Both the position numbers and the translations under genes were made by a program. DNA of 64,000 nucleotides from Mytilus californianus (taxonomy: Eukaryota), in the NCBI RefSeq assembly GCF_021869535.1, contig NW_026262723.1, positions 93,434,001 through 93,498,000 of the forward strand, in the 5' to 3' direction. The notes beneath the pieces are model-generated. The model was not told where the DNA came from. It was given only the letters and a program-made list of their open reading frames with translations, and made no database searches. Below are positions 1-13,289 of the stretch, one piece after another. Each line of letters opens with the position of its first letter. Position 1 is the stretch's first letter.

Positions 1-499
1 AATTACATGTTCAAGGAGTCTGAACCACTGATTTGGTACCATCTTTCACTACGCATAATGTTACATGTCCAAGGAATCTGTACCGCTCACCTGGTACCTT
101 ATTTCAATATGCACAATGTTACATGGCCAAGAAATCTGCACCACTCATCTGTTACCTTCTTTCACTATGCATAATGTTACATGTCCAAGGAATCTGTACC
201 ACTCACCTGCAACCTTATTTCACTATGCATAATGTTACATGTCCAGGGAATCTGTACCGCTCATCTGATACCTCAATTGCTTATGCATGATGTTACATGT
301 GCAAGGAATCTGAACTACTCATCTGGTACCTTCTTTCATTATGCATAAAGTTACATATCCAATTAATCAGTTCCACTCATCTGTTACTTTCTTTCATTAT
401 GCATAATGTTATATTCACAGGGAGTCTGAAGCCATCATCTGGTACCTTATTTCACTATGCATAATATTAAATGGTCCAAGGAATCTGTACCACTCATCT
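1..499. repeat. 58-bp minisatellite, at least 8.5 diverged copies, runs off the left edge
   Basis: The motif CATGTCCAAGGAATCTGTACC recurs at 6, 64, 122, 180, 238, 296, 354, 412 and 470, an exact 58-bp period. Confidence 0.95.
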
Positions 500-1331
500 C
501 TACAATTTGCGTAGGAAAATTTGTAGAGTGATTCATTTGACCTCAATGTGTAGAGTGATACATTTGACCTAAAAAAAAATAGAAACTTGCCAAATATGTA
601 TTCGCGTTTGATGTCATGTTGACCGATGTCTAAATTGTCTTCTTTTTGCCTTCTCTGTTACTTATTTTTCTATCATTGACTGTATTTTTAAACTGCACTC
701 GGTAAAGATAAAAGTATATAAAACATTCCTATTTGTGTATTTGAATCATGTTTATAACTAGTACAATAGTTGAAATGAATATGTTATGAGACATATATAA
801 ATGAAAGAGAAGTTCGTTATTATGTCATAATCCAATTTTTGATATGCTCCAATTGACACTTTTACCTGAATTAACACATACAGAACTTTAGTTTGATCAG
901 CAAATGATGTGTTGTTCAGCCGTATTTATGAACACAGACTACTCAGTCGTGTAAGCTTCTTGACTAAAAGCATCATTATAAGAAACTAAAACCCTATTTG
1001 TTTGTGTTTTCGGGAATATAGTGTGCTTCTTTGCTTTTTGCTGAATAATGTGTTAGATCTGCATAATGATATAAAATCGAGTCAATGGACTGTTCCAAAA
1101 TTTTCAATAAACAAATATCTTTCTTTTTGATTTTGTTTAGCTTTAATTATTTTGTACTTATAACTTGAAAATAAAACACTACTCTGATAATAATGGGGAA
1201 CAGTTTTGATCTCTTATTCCCCAAAACTATTCACTTTACTTGCTAAAATAATTTAGTTGAATTCTCAAATCCAAGTGATTGCAAAAACTCAATCAATGAG
1301 AATGATTTCTATCGTTTTAATATTTCCTTAC

Positions 1332-1528
1332 CATCTTGATTCTTCGCCATTTTCCTTTACTATTCTGTATACTCCTTCAAGAATGACCAGTAAATTTGTA
1401 AGAGCTAGAAGCAAGTACAAATTGTCATCTTTAACATCGCTAGCCCTCCATACTGTAAATAAGGAATGGATCACTAAGATTACGCGTACCAAAATAGCAA
1501 AAATTATATTGTAAAGTTTTCTACGCAT
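1332..1528 (-). CDS. TMEM26: TMEM26-like paralog A, coding exon 1 (remaining exons lie left of the window)
   Basis: MRRKLYNIIFAILVRVILVIHSLFTVWRASDVK...ESRW matches the TMEM26 N-terminus pattern (R.LF.LH.L..VWRV..VK...Y..L.L.NLL...E). It ends in a phase-2 donor TG|gtaagg at 1332/1331. It is 35/66 identical to the exon at 51534-51730. Confidence 0.88.
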
Positions 1529-1967
1529 TGTGGTGATGTAAAATCCGATGAAAGAATGAACATGTATGTGATTTTATATACCAAAATGTATAAATAAGAT
1601 GCTTTTTAATACAGTCAGGTGGCATGAAAAGAAATCGTCGTGTCGTTAGAATTTCTGATGAATTTCTAATTCACTTTATTGATTACGGATTTCTATTTCT
1701 GTACCTGATCGCATATCGATATAAGGGTCATCCATAAGTAGTAGCAACTTTTCAGTACGTACAAGGCTAAAACCATCAATAGTCCGCCTCATTTTCAATT
1801 TTCAACATCTTTGCAGAATATTTTTATTCATTATCCACAGATCTATTAACAAAGTCTTCTTCGTATGTTTGAGTCCGGATCATATCGAAGACTTTGTGTT
1901 TGTTTGTTTTTGTTTTTAAGGAATGTGTTGCTTATGTTATATCATTGTTAGTCTCAAATTATTTACA

Positions 1968-2145
1968 TTTTTTCTAGTCTCAAATTAATTTACAATTTTT
2001 CTAGTCTCAAATTTATTTACAATTCTTCCAGTCTCAAATGTATTTACAATTTTTCTAGTCCCAAATTAAATTTATTTACAATTTTTCTAGTCCCAAATTT
2101 ATTTACAATTTTTCTAGTCCCAAATTTATTTACAATTTTTCCAGA
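1968..2145. repeat. ~29-bp tandem repeat (CTAGTCYCAAATTTATTTACAATTTTT), about 6 copies
   Basis: Direct inspection of the repeated unit. Confidence 0.9.
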
Positions 2146-3097
2146 CTCCTCTGGCGATTCAAAGCTTTATATTTACAACTGAATATTGTCGAAGACTATT
2201 TTTAGACCCAGGCCACATGTTCATTTCTTGGTGTCTTTGTGTGGTTTTTATCGTTAAGTTACTGTCTTATTGACTCTTATTATGCTTTCATTCATACAAA
2301 AATCTTAGATTGAATAGAACAAAGTCCCATCAAAACTAAAAAGGAGGGAGGAAAGTCAAATCTGCATGCGACACCTGTTGTATTCCCCGGTGAAAAGTCA
2401 ATTCGTTAATGGAAGAATGTGAAAAATTTTGGAGATCAGGGGCAGCTTTGTCTCCTTTTAAAGGCCGAAATGTGATCATTTGTAGTACATATTGCCTATC
2501 TCACTTTATTTTTTGTACCCCTTTTGGAAGTCACTGTTCTTGGAGAGAATGTTTTCTACCAATTTAAAAAAACAAACTTGCCTAATAACATTCCACCAAA
2601 CATTGATTGCGACTGCAAAACTTAAGCTCAAATTCCCTTAGAATTTTTTTTTTTTTTAAACTTTTTAAAGATTTTCTGAAATATCTGTATCTGTCTTTTG
2701 TTAAAACAAATTTAAACGTACCTGCAAACGGATTCAATTATTTAGAGATTGAAAATTCAAAGATTCTTCTACTTTTGCTTTATTAAACGCACGCCAACGT
2801 CATAGCAGTGAACTTCTTATTGTACGTGTTGCATTGTATTTGGTATATCGTTTGAAAACGTCATAAGAAAACATTTTCTCTGGTGGATAGTTATTTTATT
2901 TGCAATTATACCACATCATATTTTATATTAGATAGCGACGCATTCAGATATTCATTACGGCAGCTCTTTTCTATTCAGCTGTCGACTGACGTAGGATCTA
3001 AAGAGGCAAAAGTTTACCTAGTTTGCTTTTAGTTGCTTTGTTATATTAAGCTTAAGTACATTGTATGTATAACCCATTTAAATTTTTTGGGGTTTGA

Positions 3098-3140
3098 GCG
3101 TTCCTTATGAAGGAAATTACTGAAAAGTTCTTTCCACGCA
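3098..3140 (+). pseudogene. Decayed solo copy of the 354-nt-family hammerhead motif
   Basis: GCGTTCCTTATGAAGGAAATTACTGAAAAGTTCTTTCCACGCA aligns to GCGTTCCTGATGAAGGTAAATCCAGAAAAGCGCTTCGGACGCA at 18008, with core substitutions. Confidence 0.65.
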
Positions 3141-3319
3141 CAGAATTTATATAGTGTGATCAAGTGTGACTTACAATTTTCACGTTATTGCATAGAAATT
3201 AAATAACTAGAATAATGGAAAATATTGCTTCTCCAATTGGTTTGTTTTTCTGCTGTTGTGAATTGCCATCTTGAATAAAGGAATTGCTCAAGAAAGTCTA
3301 CATGCATACACTGCCTTTT

Positions 3320-4030
3320 TTTCGTTCCCCTGTATGTAGTAGATATATAACCGCCATCCATTATATGCGCTATTGGAATACTTCTTTAGCTCAATTGGTT
3401 GAGCGGTGGCTTACATTGTTAGGGGTCCCGGATACGAATCTTCGCTGGAACAGAAATACATTTTGGAAGGCAAATCATGCTCTCCGGTTTCAAAATAGGA
3501 TTCCATTGAATCCAACTAAATAATCTACGGTTAGAGAAAATGATACCTAGCCAGGGTAAGTGATATAGATATCGTCATTATAGTATAACTTCTCTTGAGG
3601 TGGGTGTGTAGCGGTGCTTCCGCTTACATAGTAGATATATAACCGCCCTTCATTAGATACGCTATTGGAGTATTTCGTATAGCTCAGTTGGTAGCGCGGT
3701 GGCTTTCTTTGTCAGGGGTACCTGGCACGAATCCAGGCTGGTAAAGGAATTAATTCTGGAAGGCAAAGCATGCTCTCTGGTTACAAAATTTGGTCCCAAC
3801 TTAAAAACCCACAGTTGTAATGTGCTACATAGCTAGGGTAAGTGATGTAAGTATCGTTATTATAGTATAATGACTCTTGAGGTGCGGGGGAAATGTAGCG
3901 GTGCTTCCCCTTACATAGTAGATACATAACCGCCACCTATTAACTGTGCTATTGGTGTATTTATTCAGCTCAGTTGATAGATGTTTGCTTACTGTGTCAT
4001 CGTACCGGGTACGATTCCCGGCTGGTACAG
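3320..4030 (+). pseudogene. Tandem array of about 2.5 units (~290 bp), each holding a decayed tRNA-like sequence (isotype undetermined)
   Basis: AGTAGATAYATAACCGCC recurs at about 3337, 3630 and 3918. Each unit has an A-box/D-arm-like TAGCTCARTTGGT.G.GC and a T-arm-like hairpin (third copy CCGGGTACGATTCCCGG), followed by CTGGWAM. Confidence 0.7.
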
Positions 4031-5489
4031 TCATTAATTCTATAACATATGATACAGGTTGAGATCAGTGAACATATAAATAGTGAGAAAAAACCCAAGC
4101 AACTGCAGGTCACTACGCGGCGAGTAAATTCACAATATATATACTAAAGTATTTAGATAAACAGTAACGGTCATATACACCAAGAGCCAAGCAGTACTTT
4201 ACGATTATTCGATTATTCACTGGGGCTCTCACTGAGTGGAAGGGGGACAATTCAATGGATTTACACAAGATTAGAAATTGGAGAGTTATGATATTGCTAT
4301 GTTAACATATATATATGAACAGTTATCTCATTGACATTCGATCCACGTCTCCGTATATTCATATTATTGTATTCTACTGATTTCGTATTTCATTCGTTTT
4401 TGCGCTAACGTGTTATGGCAAGCACAGCAAAAAAAAAACTTCATTTAACAATTAAATTGCTCCTATTCACTAATGAAATTTTCAATTTGATGTTTTTAAG
4501 CTGATTCTTTATACTACTAAGGGGGTGTTTAACGACCTTGACTACTTACGAGAGTCTCGCACGGTGGTCTATCTTTATAGGATACAAATAAAAGATATAA
4601 GACTGGTAAGTTGAAAAGACTGCAATGACAAAGTATTTTAGATTACAGGTATTTCATTTTAAGAAATTCCTGTTGTACATCATCAGCTTTGCATCCTTAA
4701 TAAAATTGAAAAGAAGGCTTGTGGCCAAAAATTTCTAAAGCATGTTTTTTTTTGTTTTTTTTACCTCGTAGTCACATTGTGGCAATTAACAAGGAACAAA
4801 ACACACTTATCATTGCAAGTTCAAGACTAGCCCTAGCTTCTAATTGAGTGGAATTCTTAAACTTTAGATGTTGATACACTACATTTGAGATTAAATTCAG
4901 ATGCAGTGTACTATCAACATATTACAGACTATAACGACGAGAGAAACAAATACTGTCATTATTTGCCTCACAATCTCATTGTAAAATAAAGAAACAATAC
5001 ATATATTTTGACAACTATGGGCCACAGCAAGATACACGTACCTTTTAAATAACTTGGTCGGATAAATAAATAAATAGAGGAAATAATTGCTTTTGATTGC
5101 ATAAATATTTCGATAAACGAGTAAAAGTTAAATAAGACTTTCGTGCACACAGTACGATAGACCAACTCAATCGATGTAATGGAAATGAGGGCATACGGTC
5201 TACAAAAACATACTTGTTTAAACCAAAGCATTAGCATGTCAACGTTGAATACGTTTTACTACACTTTTACGACTAAAAATTTGCACAATCCCATAACTTT
5301 GATTCTACTGTCCTTTAAATTTTTGAGTGAATGTTTAGACAAAACATAGGTATATCATTAAAACCAAAGCTTAATGGCATGGGATATGCTTTGAACCTTC
5401 AATCTGCGATTTGGCCATTAATTTCAAAATATAAAATGTCAATATTTACGTATGTTAAAGCACTTTTTTTCGCTAGTAGCGTGTTGTAA

Positions 5490-5715
5490 ATAAGAGGCTG
5501 GAAATACCAAAGGGGCATTCAAAGCTCAAAAGTCGAAGAAAAACTGAGATAAATAAAACGAAAAACGGCGAAAAGACAAACAAGTCGACAAAACACTACA
5601 CAGAAAACTAAAGACTGAGCAACACAAACCCCACTAGAAACCGGTGTGAACTCATGTGGTCCGAAAGGATAAGTAGTTCCTGTTCTACATGTGGCACCCA
5701 TGACGTCACGTATGT
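5490..5715 (+). mobile_element. Interspersed repeat family B (GATACCAAAGGG..CA.TCAAA motif); related pieces at 7920-8040 (-), 15000-15260, 21926-22058, 22862-22930, 23575-23650
   Basis: Several mutually similar copies within the window. Class not determined. Confidence 0.6.
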
Positions 5716-7429
5716 TAGTAGTTCTTACAACGGTTTACTTCAAAATATGTTACATGAGCAAATTTCTTGGAAAAAAACCTTTCTTACTTATTTGATGTTC
5801 AATTATTTTGATTATATATTAAATCGTTCTGTGGGGTGATTCGTTAATAAAGAAATTTTTTATACTTTTTTTCCTACATATATGTATAAATGAAAAGGAA
5901 TGTGGGGTCCTTGAGATTTCAATTCAACGACACAAATAACAAAAATACATTTTTCAACAATTGATGGGTGTTTATAAAATATTCCATATAACCGAGTCGA
6001 AAAGATTTGTGGACACTTTTAACGGACACTATACAAGATCTACCTTAAACCCTAAATTATCCACACAAAAAAACCAAAAGCATCAAAATATGACAAAAGA
6101 TAACCATGGTGAGATTCCTGACTCGGGACAGGCGCATATATTTATAAACTAGGTGTATGTAGATCTCAACCCTTCCCCTTTAATTTCGATTAATACACTA
6201 ACAAGAGGTACATAAAAACATACAATAAAAATCATTAGAGGAACAAGTACTTAACTGTTTCATAACAGTCTAATAGATTTTAAAAAGGCACAAGTACAAA
6301 CATAACACCAATAATCTGTTTACTACAGACATTGTTTATCAACAGTTTTTATAGCAACAATGACAAATACAATAAAATATGTTTTTAAGATGACTTTCAC
6401 ATCCTTAATAGATGTGGTCTTCATTTAAGTTAGATCATAAATTTTTATCGAGTTTGAAATCTAACCACATAATGACAGAAATGTAGATTGATTTAATAAA
6501 ACGAAATTGAGAACAAATTAAAAATTCTGTTGAGTCTTGATTACCGTTCGTATAAAATCATGTTCAAACTTTTTTGTTTTATGTATAGTATACGGTTAAA
6601 TTTTCAAAAAAGTTGTCACAGTTGTAGACCTGAACCCCGCGGTATACCAACATGAACTGATACCACGCCACAGTATTTATACGTATATATCTGTTTACTG
6701 TTAAATTACTATTCATACAATACAGTATAACACTACGACAGACAATGGGTAAAAGGCAAAGAAGAAATAAAACTCTTTCCAAATGGATTAAGACTGTGAG
6801 GTCTTTCATACAAATCAGAATTAACAAATAGGTTAAGGGGTCTAGGAACACTCGCGTTATATTTATCTCCAAAGACCTAAAATAGCCCTAACCAACTGTC
6901 CTACCTCAATGATAAGTATATGTTGTTGTGACTGTATACTAAACTCAAACAATCTCGATTTTGTATGTAAATCACATCAAATCAACCTACGAGCTTAATA
7001 AGGGAATCAGATATTGACAATTCATTTTGGAAACCAAACAAATATGTCAGGCTATCTGGATCATTGCCTTTGTTTGTGCGTTTGTTTTTATGAGATACTG
7101 GATGTTGGATGTTGGTGTTGTTCGTTGTTGTTTGTTGTGATGTCTAGGTTTTTTTTTTAATAATTCCTTCTACCCTTTTTATGTATGAAATGCTCCGTAT
7201 ACATTTACTATAGAGAAAATCATGAACAATCATAGGTCTCTTTTAATGTTCGTTTGGAATTTCAATTATGTTTTTTACTGTATACCCGTATTAAATAAGA
7301 TAAGTAACACACTATGTTATGTTGTTGGATCTGCCAAATGCTCCTAAAAATTGTTTCCAGATTATTAATTTCTATTTTTTCAGGAATTGAAACCGGGCTT
7401 CAGAGTTACTGAGAAACTACCTATTGTAT

Positions 7430-7660
7430 GATGTACTTGATGTGGATAGTAAACATTCCAAATATCTGTTAGAGTATATACAATCTAAATCCCTCCAGTA
7501 GATATGATAATCCAGGGATTGCGTCTTACAAGGAACCTATTGAACCAAGGTTTCTTAATGGTAAAGTTGATTTCACCTCCCAAAACTTTTACAGACGTCG
7601 TTACGATTTGGTTGACCGTCATCCAATATATGTTACACACTGTGATCTGCGACACATATT
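7430..7660 (+). mobile_element. Degenerate reverse-transcriptase thumb fragment, probably Penelope-like
   Basis: The translation LTRNLLNQGFLMVKL resembles the L..KLL.QG..MVKL motif of PLE-type RT C-termini; frameshifted afterwards. Confidence 0.4.
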
Positions 7661-10600
7661 ACCACATTCATATTTCACTAGAAACAATCAAGTAAAGTCT
7701 TTCTCGATTGAATTGTTTCGAAGCCGTTTCTAGCTTGCTGTATATGGTTCGAGTTTTGCGCATTGTTGAAGGCCGTACGGTGGCCTATAGTTGCTAACTT
7801 CTACGTCATTTGCTCTCTTGGTGGAGAGCTGTCCTCCTGGTGATCATGCCAAATATATTTTCCTACATTTTGATATCACCAATTGCGATTTATCATTAGT
7901 TTTAAATGCCTTGAGCAACTAGACGGGTGTAATTGATGATGCAACAACTGCTTACCCATCCGAAATACTTGAGCTACCCCTTGTTTTGTATTAAAGGGGT
8001 TCGTGTAGCTTTTGCACTAGTGCTTTATGTGTGTGGATCCGCAACACTATTTCGATGTTGGTTTGGCTATCGTTTTGTAAGCTTTTTTTCTTGATGAATT
8101 TAGAATTAATTTTTTAAGTTTCGCCAGAAAAATATTATACATTGATTTGCTTTTGCTTTTGTTTGTTGTATATGTGTGTTCCTTTTTTTCCTTCGTGTGT
8201 GTATGGTATTTCAGTTGTTCAAAAATAAATAGTAATAACTAATATAAGTAGTTGTAAATGCGTATAATCTTTAAAATGGTATAAAGTATGACTAATTATA
8301 GACATTGAGGAAAAAAGTTAAAGTTGTTTAATTTAACGACTAGCCTACAAGATCACAATTTTACAAGATTCGTAAAAGAGTGTCAAAAACTTGACAGTAT
8401 AATAACAACATTAACACAATAACAAACAAAAAACAATATACAAATACAATTTATACAGCAAATGCATTACATTTTTGGAAAACACTTGTCTTTTTATAGC
8501 AAGGAGATGTTTTTAATTGCATTGGAAAGCGATTCAAATGGTTTGTACCTATTGCACTATCCATGCATACTGATTTTGTGTCATTGATGGATACCCCATA
8601 TCCTTTGTTTTTCTATTATAGTATGTCACAGATTTACTATTGCACTATCCATGCATAGTATGTCACAGATTTACCTGTTTTCGTGTAACTGTTAGCACTT
8701 TTAATTTTCACATTATGAATTCAGTAAACGGAATAACTCATACTATAAGATTCATACTTAGAGTCAGTTCAAGATTTATGAAATAATATTATATATACTA
8801 TATATATCTATATATAGAGAGAGAGAGGGATGAATAAAAAAGTAACTAACTTCTTATTAGTAATTTTGGTCTAAAATGTGTCAATATGTCCTAATTTGTA
8901 AATTGTCATATCGAAAGACACAAATAAAAGTTGTAATAACTTTTACCCGCTAAAATAACTTCAGAACGAGTTATGTTTGTTGTCATGTTCTAAGGAACTA
9001 AAGTCTTTTCATACAAATAATTCGAAAAACTTGGACTACATTATGAATGATAACGATAATAAAAAAAAATAAACAATGCTTGTTCAAATATGTGAAAAAG
9101 CGAATAAAATTAACAAGATTATTATCACAGTACATGGAAATACTATGACCAGGTTATTGGTCACCTCTGTCACATCATTTAGTTTCGGGGGAAACTAGCG
9201 GTATCTCAGATAAAGTCCAAGTCGCTGGAAAGTTTTCATATTTATTTCGCATCTATCTTTTTCAAACATTAAAACATAACTGAATAACAACATAAAACAT
9301 ATATAAAATACAATTTCAAAAGACTGATTGACATGCGGAAAAGGAACCAATCAAAATATCTTGTTATCAAATATTATAAATCGCGTTTTGTCGAAAGCGG
9401 GGATTACGGATTAAAAACATGTTTCGTATAAGTTTGTGAAGAATGGCTTTCGGCAGTTATCACTTAGTGTTAATTTATCTATATTCTTTGTTACACAATC
9501 TTTAATCATAGACACGGATATAAATCTTTGATAATTAATTCAAATGAAAGGATTATAGTTAAGTGTTAAATACAAGTAACTTTTGAATAGTGTAACATAC
9601 AATGAGCTATTGAATTATTAAAAACCAATGATGACTCGGAATGACAATAAAAAGCATGAATTATAAAAATATACAAATCCTAAAAGTGAACTTTGAACGA
9701 ACAATTTTCTGGTCATATTATCCCGTCGCTCCCTATCTGATACTCCCGTATCAGCATGTATAAATTAGTAACAAATAATATTTCAAAATGCATAAAGGAA
9801 AAATATAAACGAACAAATATATGTACATCTTTTTTTTTTTACAAGCGCGCTATTACGAACATTTGTCGTCTAATTTTTCTTTCTCTCTCGAAATTTCTTT
9901 ACTGAAGTACATATTATTAAACCAAGTGTGTCTAAATACCAACACAAATATTTCATGAAGCAATATGTATAAAACGAACGATATGTCTAAATACAGGTAT
10001 GTAATATTTGCCACTAAGCAAATAACGAATGAACACTGTGTCTTTCTCACGGAAATGTGATATTCGGATTTATATAGGTATATAAAAAATCATTAAAACA
10101 TGTCATAGCATAAAATCATTGTTCTGTCAAATAAATCTGTTCCATCACTTACTCTATTTCCTCCTGGAATTAATATCAAGAATATCCCGGAGTTTCTCTC
10201 CAATTTGAACTCTGTTACTACATATTTTAAGTTTCAGGAACATTTGTCCGAACTATCTCTGTAGCACTATATACATATTATGTACACATCTTTGAATACA
10301 TCTATTTGAATGTGACCATTTATCAAAATGTCGCTTATACTCGATATCTATTTCAAACAAAAACGCAAAGTGTAGATGATTTCGATACTTGAAAAAGCAT
10401 TGTATCGAAAATTGTCGATAATATTGATTATAAAGTAAAAAAATATATTTGCAAGTAAATAAAATCTGAACATACTCAACTAAATATATTATGATAAGTC
10501 TCGGCTACGAATAAAAAATGCTGGTAAAAAATGGGGGGGTGTCAAACTGTTGAACTTCAAATTGAGAAAATAAGAAAATAAGACACAAGAAGCAAATACG

Positions 10601-11060
10601 TATAAAAAATCTTTACGATTGTAACGTGCTGTGTATCTTAAAACAAAACTTAGAAATTACAAGACACTATTTTTTCTAATGATCATGGCAAGATATATTA
10701 ACTAATGTTTATGTATGTATATCATAAAGTCTCAAAGTAAATTCTTGTGATATCTTTCATCGACATTTACAATGTGTTTATATTTCAGCTTTTTTTATTT
10801 GACCTCGAACATATAAAAGTTTTTTTTTAAAAGTTTACCGCCAACAAAAATAGCACAAATTTGTCATGTAAGCTTGTTTTCTTTAATGTTCACACGGTCT
10901 GAATATCAAAATATCAAATTGATATGTATAAGATGTGGTACCATCAGGGTGTTAGCCTGTAATCCCGTGTGGTACTATTTGCCAATAATTTAGTTAGTCA
11001 GTACTGTATGTATTAAAAACAAGATTATCGTTTTTAGTTAGTATGTTTGTTGACTATCTT

Positions 11061-11789
11061 CTATGGATCAAGAAAACTGTTTTTAGTTGAGGTGGAGCCA
11101 ATATTTGATATTAGTGATTGCTTTGATGTTTTCTTTTCAGGCGCCACTGACTTTCTAGCTTTCAAAGGAGTGGGTTTGTCTTCTTCCTCTGAGCCAACAG
11201 TGTTTATTTTCTTACATATCACTACTATGCGATAGAACTGTAAACAAAGAACAAGCACATTTTTGGCCGTAAAGAAAAGTATTCCGTAAGACAATACCCC
11301 CTTAACAATTATTGAGTACAGTCTGACAACTAAAAACGGACCATCTTGTAAAAACATAGAAATACATAAGCTCCAAATTTCGACTTCAAATACTCTATCG
11401 CAGCAACTTGGCATTTTTTCCTTTTCTTCACCCATTGGTGTATTTTCTGGGACCTCATTTTCCAGGTCAGTCTCCCTTGCAAATGTTTTACCACCGATAT
11501 CCCTGGTTGAGGTTAGTATCAAACAAAACTGAAACAAGCTCAATGACCAGACTCCTAGTGTAGCATAGCTTAGGTATAAGTCTGACCTAATTTCAGGTTC
11601 TTCAAACACAACAAATAATTCCATGACGTCAGATGCTGATCCAATATAAACAAATAGCAATTGTGATAACTGGTCACGTGTAATTCGTCCTCTAGGCAAC
11701 ATCCATCTTGCCAGAATGAATATAAATAACATAGACTGTTCTAACACGGATACCCAAGTGTCCGCGTCAAGTTTCACTGGAAGTGTTAC
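11061..11789 (-). CDS. TMEM26: TMEM26-like paralog B, exon 3 (terminal)
   Basis: Acceptor ttaacag|GTA at 11790/11789, phase 0. Motifs RWMLPRGRITRDQLSQLLFVYIGSASD and IS.FLQDGPFLVVRL...FFTAKNVLVLCLQFYR are diagnostic of TMEM26. Stop TAG at 11063-11061. Confidence 0.96.
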   Translation of the reverse strand, partial: VTLPVKLDADTWVSVLEQSMLFIFILARWMLPRGRITRDQLSQLLFVYIGSASDVMELFVVFEEPEIRSDLYLSYATLGVWSLSLFQFCLILTSTRDIGGKTFARETDLENEVPENTPMGEEKEKMPSCCDRVFEVEIWSLCISMFLQDGPFLVVRLYSIIVKGVLSYGILFFTAKNVLVLCLQFYRIVVICKKINTVGSEEEDKPTPLKARKSVAPEKKTSKQSLISNIGSTSTKNSFLDP

Positions 11790-12289
11790 CTGTTAACAGA
11801 ATAAAAGAAACATTAATTTTATTTAGCACCAGGCAAAGCTGGCCTTTGTCGGAGTTGACGGTTGATTGTTGGTTGCTTAACGTCCAGTGGCAAATATTTC
11901 ACGCATGTTCAGGACGATTGACATAACAATTCAACTGTTGGTTTTCGTAATTGAGTTGACCATTCTACTATTTTGATTGAAGCGAGACTGATGAGTATTA
12001 TGTAGACGTTTGTCTGTCGTACAAATCCATTCAGGAACATTTAAATCCTAGTATTTTTTTTAATTGCCATCGACATTTGACTTATGGTCATAGTTCAAGT
12101 AATAAATATGAAAGTTGTTTAACTGTTTCGCGGCATGCCTTTTGTACTTTTTATGATTTTTTGAAAATAATCAATACTGTGACTAGTAAATGTAGTAATT
12201 CTCTAAATGTCTTTATATCCTGAAGTAAGTTTTTTTTTATATACATAAGTGATTACTACGGCAATTATTTAATGCATTTGTTTACCTAC

Positions 12290-12437
12290 CCCATTTATTG
12301 CAGATAGTGCCTCGTTTTGAGCATTTGTTATATTTGCTGATGCACTGATTTCTGTAAATTTCTCAAGTCTGTCAATTTCAAGTATCCATATAGCTGGTAC
12401 TGTCCCCGCTAAGTAAAACAATATACAGGGACTAAAC
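12290..12437 (-). CDS. TMEM26: TMEM26-like paralog B, exon 2
   Basis: Acceptor ttctttaag|G completes the Trp codon left by exon 1. FSPCILFYLAGTVPAIWILE matches TMEM26 [20 protein letters not shown]. Phase-0 donor GGG|gtaggt; 148 nt keeps the frame. Confidence 0.93.
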
Positions 12438-13289
12438 CTTAAAGAAGAAGAAAACAAGGATATATTGAAAATAACAAAAAAAAAATACTTTCAGCAGTCG
12501 TATTTTGTCGAATCGTTATCGTCATTTTTCAACTTCTCAGTTTAAACTTTATGTTGTACAAACCGTTACTATCAAAATTGCTGTAACCATCTGAATATGG
12601 TTTTAAATTTTTTTCGTTCAATCTGTTTCATATAGAAATACAGATAGTATCATAGTAAGTGTTCAAAAAAAAATAATAAACTACTGTATAACCTTAAAAA
12701 AAGCTATTTGAGTTTACTGTTTAGTTTGTGTGTCATGTTGTGATGTGCACTTTGATTGGGAAATAAATTATCCGTTTCGGAATCTATGCTTACAAAAGTA
12801 AATAAAATATGCCTTGTATTAACAAATTCATAACAAATTTATATATAAAGATGTGCTAAATATTGGAAAATGTTTTATTTTACAGATGTCGAAAAGATCA
12901 TTTCAAAATGCTGCACATGCTAGAACAGTACTTTTTTTTAGTGTATTTGTAAAATACATGAAGACCGTGTTATCCATGAAACTTTGAGATTTACTTTTTT
13001 TTGTATTTGACACACATGTTATATTACTGTTGTGAAATTTGGGAACATCACGAAGCTAATATCATTGGAATGTTCAGATAAGCTTTTTAAAACGTATATT
13101 GAATTTAAAACCATCAATTGTTAATTGTGAGTTTGGTAGATACCCGGTGTTAAGTATTTAAAACCGATAATTTATTTCAAACTATTGCTATATTAGAATG
13201 GTCTTTTTTTTTTAAAGTTACATCAAAATGTTAACAACATTGAATTGTTTTTGCAAGATATAAGGAATTTTGTTACTCGCACGGGATGA

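Noticed and set aside
33-290. ORF in the 58-bp repeat
   Set aside because: The period is not a multiple of 3 and there are no protein features; a chance opening.
3540-3850. AG|GTAAGT donor-like motif in each tRNA-like unit, suggesting a spliced-leader RNA gene array
   Set aside because: The only Sm-site-like word (ATTTTGG) lies upstream of the donor or about 200 nt downstream and is not conserved between units; no SL-type hairpins are evident.
11981-12025. HHR-like CTGATGAGTATTATGTAGAC in TMEM26 intron 2 (likewise the minus-strand motif at 31943-31986)
   Set aside because: Probably real relics, but GAAA is deleted in the first and the core reads CUGUUGA in the second; not reported as active ribozymes.
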